NCBI GenBank assembly: GCA_964570325.1 | Contig: CAZMXS010000002.1 | Span: forward strand, 17,398 to 81,397 | Length of the DNA stretch: 64,000 bases | Direction: 5' to 3' | DNA from: an uncultured Verrucomicrobiota bacterium | GTDB lineage: Bacteria > Verrucomicrobiota > Kiritimatiellia > CAIQIC01 > CAZMXS01 | Shown: piece after piece, positions 60,252-64,000 of the stretch | Numbering within the stretch: position 1 is the stretch's first letter | Layout of the letters: each line of letters opens with the position of its first letter | Translations under genes and position numbers: made by a program | Notes under the pieces: generated by a model | Database searches by the model: none | What the model saw: the letters and a program-made list of their open reading frames with translations, nothing else | What the model was told of the DNA's origin: nothing

Positions 60252-61355
60252 ATGGCCAAGGTTTTGCTGGAGCACGTGTATAAGATTTATCCGGGGAACG
60301 TCGTCGCGGTCAACGATGCCAATCTCGAGATCGAAGACCAGGAGTTCGTCGTTCTCGTCGGGCCGTCCGGCTGCGGCAAATCCACCACCCTGCGCATGGT
60401 CGCCGGCTTGGAGGAGATCAGCAAGGGAACGATCTACATTGACGGCAAGGCGGTAAACGACGTCCCCCCGAAGAACCGCGACATCGCCATGGTCTTCCAA
60501 AACTACGCGCTTTACCCGCATATGACGGTCTATAAGAACATGGCCTTTGGCCTTAAGTTGCGCCGGTATCCAAAGGATGAGATTGATAAGCGCGTCCGCG
60601 AGGCCGCCGAAATCCTGGGGATCCAGCATCTGCTGGAACGTAAGCCCAAGGCGCTTTCCGGCGGCCAACGCCAGCGCGTTGCGGTCGGCCGCGCGATCGT
60701 TCGCAAGCCCAAGGCTTTTTTGTTCGACGAGCCGCTTTCCAATCTGGACGCCAAGATGCGCGTGCAGATGCGCACCGAAATCAGCAAACTGCATACGCGG
60801 CTTTCATCCACAATGATCTACGTCACCCACGATCAGACCGAAGCCATGACGATGGGCGACCGGATTGTCGTGATGAAAGACGGTTTCATCCAGCAGGTGG
60901 CCGCGCCCATGGAGCTCTATGACCATCCGGCCAACCAGTTCGTGGCCGGTTTCATCGGCAGCCCGCCGATGAACTTCTTTCAAGGCACGCTTGAGCAGAA
61001 AGGCGGCGGGATATTTTTTAACGAAGGCCGTTTTGCCGTGCGTCTCGAGGATGCGCATGCGGCCAAGCTGAACGCCCGCGCCGGGCAACCCGTGGTATTT
61101 GGAGTCCGGCCCGAGGACGTTGCGGACGTGCTCTATACGGCCAATCCCAATCCGGAGCAGCAGGTCAAAGCGAAGGTCGAGGTCGTCGAGCCAATGGGCT
61201 CCGAGACCTATCTCTACCTCAACACCGGCAAACATAATTTCATCGCCCGAGTCAGCGTGCATGACAACGCGGATGTTAACCAGGAACTGACGCTTGTGCT
61301 GAACATGAAGAAAAGCCATTTCTTCGATCCGCAGACCGGCGAGACCCTCGTTTGA
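60252..61355 (+). CDS. sugar ABC transporter ATP-binding protein (MalK/UgpC/MsmX family), orphan ATPase
   Basis: Internal start MAKVLLEHVYKIYPGNVVAVNDANLEIEDQEFVVLVGPSGCGKSTTLRMVAGLEEIS; signature LSGGQRQRVAVGRA; C-terminal TOBE/MalK regulatory domain; no permease genes adjacent. Confidence 0.85.
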   Translation: MAKVLLEHVYKIYPGNVVAVNDANLEIEDQEFVVLVGPSGCGKSTTLRMVAGLEEISKGTIYIDGKAVNDVPPKNRDIAMVFQNYALYPHMTVYKNMAFGLKLRRYPKDEIDKRVREAAEILGIQHLLERKPKALSGGQRQRVAVGRAIVRKPKAFLFDEPLSNLDAKMRVQMRTEISKLHTRLSSTMIYVTHDQTEAMTMGDRIVVMKDGFIQQVAAPMELYDHPANQFVAGFIGSPPMNFFQGTLEQKGGGIFFNEGRFAVRLEDAHAAKLNARAGQPVVFGVRPEDVADVLYTANPNPEQQVKAKVEVVEPMGSETYLYLNTGKHNFIARVSVHDNADVNQELTLVLNMKKSHFFDPQTGETLV

Positions 61356-61365
61356 AGCGTTCGCC

Positions 61366-62487
61366 ATGCAAGCTTTTCTTGCCGGCCTGAGCCAGTTCCT
61401 ACTGGTCACCGCCGGTGCTTTCGTCATCCTGTTATTGCTGGCCAGTTGGTTCCGTTACCAGGCGCTGTTGCGCGCCGCCGAGGCCGGCGGCGCCGGATTC
61501 GCCAACGGTCAACCGGACCCGTTTCTTTTCGCGGTTAACTCCCGGCTTGGCTCGCTATGGCGCGCCTCCGCCCCCTTCGGTGTGGGCTTGTTGGAAACCG
61601 CCGGGACAGCGGCGGACGTCCGCGCGGAGGAAATCGCGGACGCCCTGCGACCGCTGCTGCGCAAGCGGGATATTGTGCTGGTGACCGGAAAACGGGTCGG
61701 CTTGGTGGTTGGCGCGGCTCGCGTTCATTTCCCAGTCATCGCAAACCGGATTCTCCAGGGGTTGCGGCCGGTTCGTATCGGCCGGGAACACCGTGCCTTG
61801 TCCCGCGCCGGATTGTGCGCGGGTTTCGCCACGGCGCCGGAGAACGGCACGCGCGCCAGCGCCCTGATTGCCGCGGCCGAGGCGGCGCTGCGGCAAGCCG
61901 CCGCCGAACCGGCGGGTTGGCATCTGGCCGAAAGCCCCGCGGCGGCCGCGGCGGCCGGCGCGCCGCACCAACCGTTGTCGCCCGGCCGGTTCCTGATTAA
62001 CGCCCAACGCTTCGGGTCTCGCTGCCGCAAGGAACGTCGGCCGTACGCCGTTGGCGTTGTCGGCGTGGATCATCTCGCGCGCTATCTGGATCATTACGGC
62101 CCCCAAGCGGGGCCGGCCATCATCCGACATCTCGGCCGCCTCCTGCGAAATGGCGTGCGGCCCGCCGATCTGGTCGGGCAGTTGGCGGAGAACGAGTTTG
62201 GGCTGGTATTCGACAGCGACGCCGCGATGGCGCTGCGGATTACCCAGCGGCTGGCAGATCAGGTGAAGAAATCCAGTCTGGACCACGCCGGCGCCAGCCT
62301 TAAAATTACTATTTCGATTGGCGTCGCGGCTTGTCCCGAACACGGGCTGGTGCCGCCGCTGCTGCTCGAATCCGCGCAGGCCGCTTTGGAAACCGCGCGC
62401 GACCGCGGCGGCAACATCAGCCTGGTCTATACCGATGACATGGCCGGACGCCGGCGACCGGCAGGGGCCAGGGCGGAAACCTATTGA
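61366..62487 (+). CDS. membrane-anchored protein with degenerate GGDEF-like (diguanylate-cyclase-like) domains
   Basis: N-terminal TM helix; C-terminal domain has GGDEF-fold features but the active-site motif reads AENEF instead of GG[DE]EF (…LVGQLAENEFGLVFDS…ISIGVAACPEHG…); an earlier segment shows weaker similarity. Confidence 0.45.
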   Translation: MQAFLAGLSQFLLVTAGAFVILLLLASWFRYQALLRAAEAGGAGFANGQPDPFLFAVNSRLGSLWRASAPFGVGLLETAGTAADVRAEEIADALRPLLRKRDIVLVTGKRVGLVVGAARVHFPVIANRILQGLRPVRIGREHRALSRAGLCAGFATAPENGTRASALIAAAEAALRQAAAEPAGWHLAESPAAAAAAGAPHQPLSPGRFLINAQRFGSRCRKERRPYAVGVVGVDHLARYLDHYGPQAGPAIIRHLGRLLRNGVRPADLVGQLAENEFGLVFDSDAAMALRITQRLADQVKKSSLDHAGASLKITISIGVAACPEHGLVPPLLLESAQAALETARDRGGNISLVYTDDMAGRRRPAGARAETY

Positions 62488-62490
62488 AAT

Positions 62491-62518
62491 TGTCCAATGC
62501 CAAGTGCCAAATGCCAAT
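62491..62518. repeat. heptanucleotide tandem array TGTCCAA TGCCAAG TGCCAAA TGCCAAT
   Basis: Four consecutive 7-nt units between the GGDEF-like gene stop and the pdxJ start. Confidence 0.55.
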
Positions 62519-62567
62519 TGAGTAGCGGTCGCCGGGCCGGTGACCATCCGACCCGGGGGCGGCTCGT

Positions 62568-63314
62568 ATGAAGCCCAGCGTTCAGCTCCGGCTCGGAGTC
62601 AACATTGACCATGTTGCCACGCTTAGACAAGCACGTGGAACGGATTATCCCGACCCGCTGGCGGCCGCGCGCATCTGCATTGCCGCCGGCGCCGACGGGA
62701 TCACCATCCATCTGCGCGAGGACCGCCGACACATCCAGGATCGCGACCTGTTTGCGCTCCGCCGCGAGCGGACCATCCCGTTGAACCTGGAAATGGCCAA
62801 CACGCCGGAAATCCTGCGCATCGCGTTGCGCGCCCGGCCGGACGAGGCCTGCCTGGTGCCGGAAAAGCGGCGGGAGCTGACAACGGAGGGTGGGCTGGAC
62901 GCCGCCGCCGCCATTTCCCGCCTGCGGCCAACGATCCGGGCCTTGACTGATGCCGGGGTCGCCGTGAGTCTATTTCTGGAGCCCGATCCGCGCCAGCTCG
63001 ACGCGGCCGCGGAATTGGGGGTGCCGTATGTCGAATTGCACACCGGCACATTTTGCAACGCGCGCGGCGCCGCCGCCCGGCGAGAACTGCAGCGCCTGAT
63101 TACTGGGGCGCGCCATGCCCACCGACTTGGGCTGCGCGTCAACGCCGGCCATGGCATCAATCTGCACAACTTGAAGGGCATTCTCCGGATACCCCACCTG
63201 AACACACTGAACATCGGGCACAGCATTGTCGCCCGCGCCGTACTGGTCGGACTGGACGCTGCGGTCCGCGAAATGCGGCAGGCAATGTCCGCCTACCGCG
63301 GAGGCGACCGATGA
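62568..63314 (+). CDS. pdxJ: pyridoxine 5'-phosphate synthase
   Basis: MKPSVQLRLGVNIDHVATLRQARGTDYPDPLAAARICIAAGADGITIHLREDRRHIQDRD... canonical PdxJ. Confidence 0.9.
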   Translation: MKPSVQLRLGVNIDHVATLRQARGTDYPDPLAAARICIAAGADGITIHLREDRRHIQDRDLFALRRERTIPLNLEMANTPEILRIALRARPDEACLVPEKRRELTTEGGLDAAAAISRLRPTIRALTDAGVAVSLFLEPDPRQLDAAAELGVPYVELHTGTFCNARGAAARRELQRLITGARHAHRLGLRVNAGHGINLHNLKGILRIPHLNTLNIGHSIVARAVLVGLDAAVREMRQAMSAYRGGDR

Positions 63315-63787
63315 AACTGTCAGGGGTGCTCGGAATAGGCATTGATCTCGTCGAGAACCGGCGCATGCGCGACAGTCTCGCGCGCTGGGGCGCCCGTTTC
63401 AAAGCCAAGGTCTTCCTCCCCGCCGAGCAGGCCTATTGCGACAGCCGCGCCCAACCCTGGCGGCATTATGCCGGCCGGTTCGCGGTCAAAGAGGCTGTCA
63501 GCAAGGCTTTTGGCACCGGCATTGGCGCCCATCTCGACTGGTTGGACATCGAGGTGGTCCGCGATGAAGATACCGGCGCGCCGGCGGTGCGCTTGAATGG
63601 CAAGGGAGCGCGGATGGCGCAACGGCGCGGTGTCGCGGCGGTGCTGGCCAGCCTATCGCACACGCGAACTCAGACGATCGCGCAGGCGGTGCTGGTGGGC
63701 CACCCGGCAGAGGGCGGGCCGTCTGGGTCGGCAGGCGCAAACATCTTGGATTCGCAAATCGCAAATCGGAAATCGGAAATCCCATGA
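63311..63787 (+). CDS. acpS: holo-[acyl-carrier-protein] synthase with ~30-aa C-terminal extension
   Basis: MKLSGVLGIGIDLVENRRM...FAVKEAVSKAFGTG (4'-phosphopantetheinyl transferase motifs); ATGA overlaps with pdxJ and with nnr. Confidence 0.8.
   Translation: MKLSGVLGIGIDLVENRRMRDSLARWGARFKAKVFLPAEQAYCDSRAQPWRHYAGRFAVKEAVSKAFGTGIGAHLDWLDIEVVRDEDTGAPAVRLNGKGARMAQRRGVAAVLASLSHTRTQTIAQAVLVGHPAEGGPSGSAGANILDSQIANRKSEIP
63752..63779. repeat. heptamer tract TCGCAAA TCGCAAA TCGGAAA TCGGAAA inside the 3' end of acpS
   Basis: Four 7-nt units encoding ...DSQIANRKSEIP; a unit length not divisible by 3 makes any copy-number change frameshifting. Confidence 0.5.
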
Positions 63788-64000
63788 AAGTTGTCACTAC
63801 GGCGCAAATGCGCGAATTGGATCGGCGCACGATCGAGGAAGCCGATATCACCGGCGAGGAGCTGATGGAGCGGGCCGGCGGGGGCGTCGCCGGAGCGGTC
63901 CAGCACCTGGCGGAGATTGCCGGATTCAATCGGCCTTTTGTCCTGTTGGTGGCCGGCCGGGGCAACAACGGGGGGGATGCCTTCGCGGCGGCGCGGCACT
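63784..64000 (+). CDS. nnr: NAD(P)H-hydrate epimerase/dehydratase (YjeF N-terminal domain), 3'-truncated (runs off window edge)
   Basis: MKVVTTAQMRELDRRTIEEADITGEELMERAGGGVA...FVLLVAGRGNNGGDAFAAARH typical YjeF_N start; continues past the window end. Confidence 0.6.
   Translation, partial: MKVVTTAQMRELDRRTIEEADITGEELMERAGGGVAGAVQHLAEIAGFNRPFVLLVAGRGNNGGDAFAAARH

Noticed and set aside
1-64000. CRISPR arrays, integrases/transposases, reverse transcriptases, restriction-modification or other recognisable defence cassettes
   Set aside because: Both strands were scanned for 25-40-bp direct repeats with unique spacers and for the corresponding protein signatures. Only 7-bp microsatellite tracts were found. 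No mobile-element or canonical defence genes are present in this window.

Overview
64-kb window from a high-GC (~65%) Gram-negative genome. The gene content and protein features (PEP-CTERM protein, secreted CAZymes carrying thrombospondin-type-3-like Ca-binding repeats, split HldD/HldC heptose genes) suggest a PVC-superphylum (Verrucomicrobiota-like) organism; this is inference only. Positions 1-14.3 kb hold a complete minus-strand translation/transcription array: tRNA-Thr, tuf, rpmG, tRNA-Trp, secE, nusG, rplK-rplA-rplJ-rplL, rpoB-rpoC, rpsL-rpsG and a 5'-partial fusA. Positions 14.7-37.4 kb form a polysaccharide-degradation island (GH5 multidomain enzyme, GH43 beta-xylosidase-like, an unclassified clan GH-A hydrolase, GH10 xylanase). 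Interleaved with it are a B12-binding radical SAM gene, a kinase-less PAS sensor, sugar isomerase/aldolase genes, hldD/hldC, icd, two methyltransferases and a REC+STAS partner-switching pair. Positions 37.5-64 kb are mostly housekeeping (SLT, MsbA-like ABC exporter, trxB, hybrid HK plus RR, aroD, lipid kinase, cbpA, alaS, recA-thpR-cinA-galE, clpB, MsmX-like ATPase, GGDEF-like protein, pdxJ, acpS and a 3'-truncated nnr), plus a PEP-CTERM / TSP3-repeat secreted gene pair. Most notable observations: (1) an unannotated tandem triplet of 24-31-aa hydrophobic peptide genes with an identical C-terminal FYVTRNM tail, low GC, their own leaderless promoter, and a stop codon one nucleotide from the start of a DUF151 (BFN) nuclease gene. 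(2) A recurring C-terminal module (Ca-binding repeats plus a ~75-aa terminal domain ending YRxRxxP) on three secreted proteins. (3) Several 7-bp tandem-repeat tracts (STRR-like) in promoter/intergenic regions. Many long antisense ORFs in the six-frame track are high-GC artefacts.
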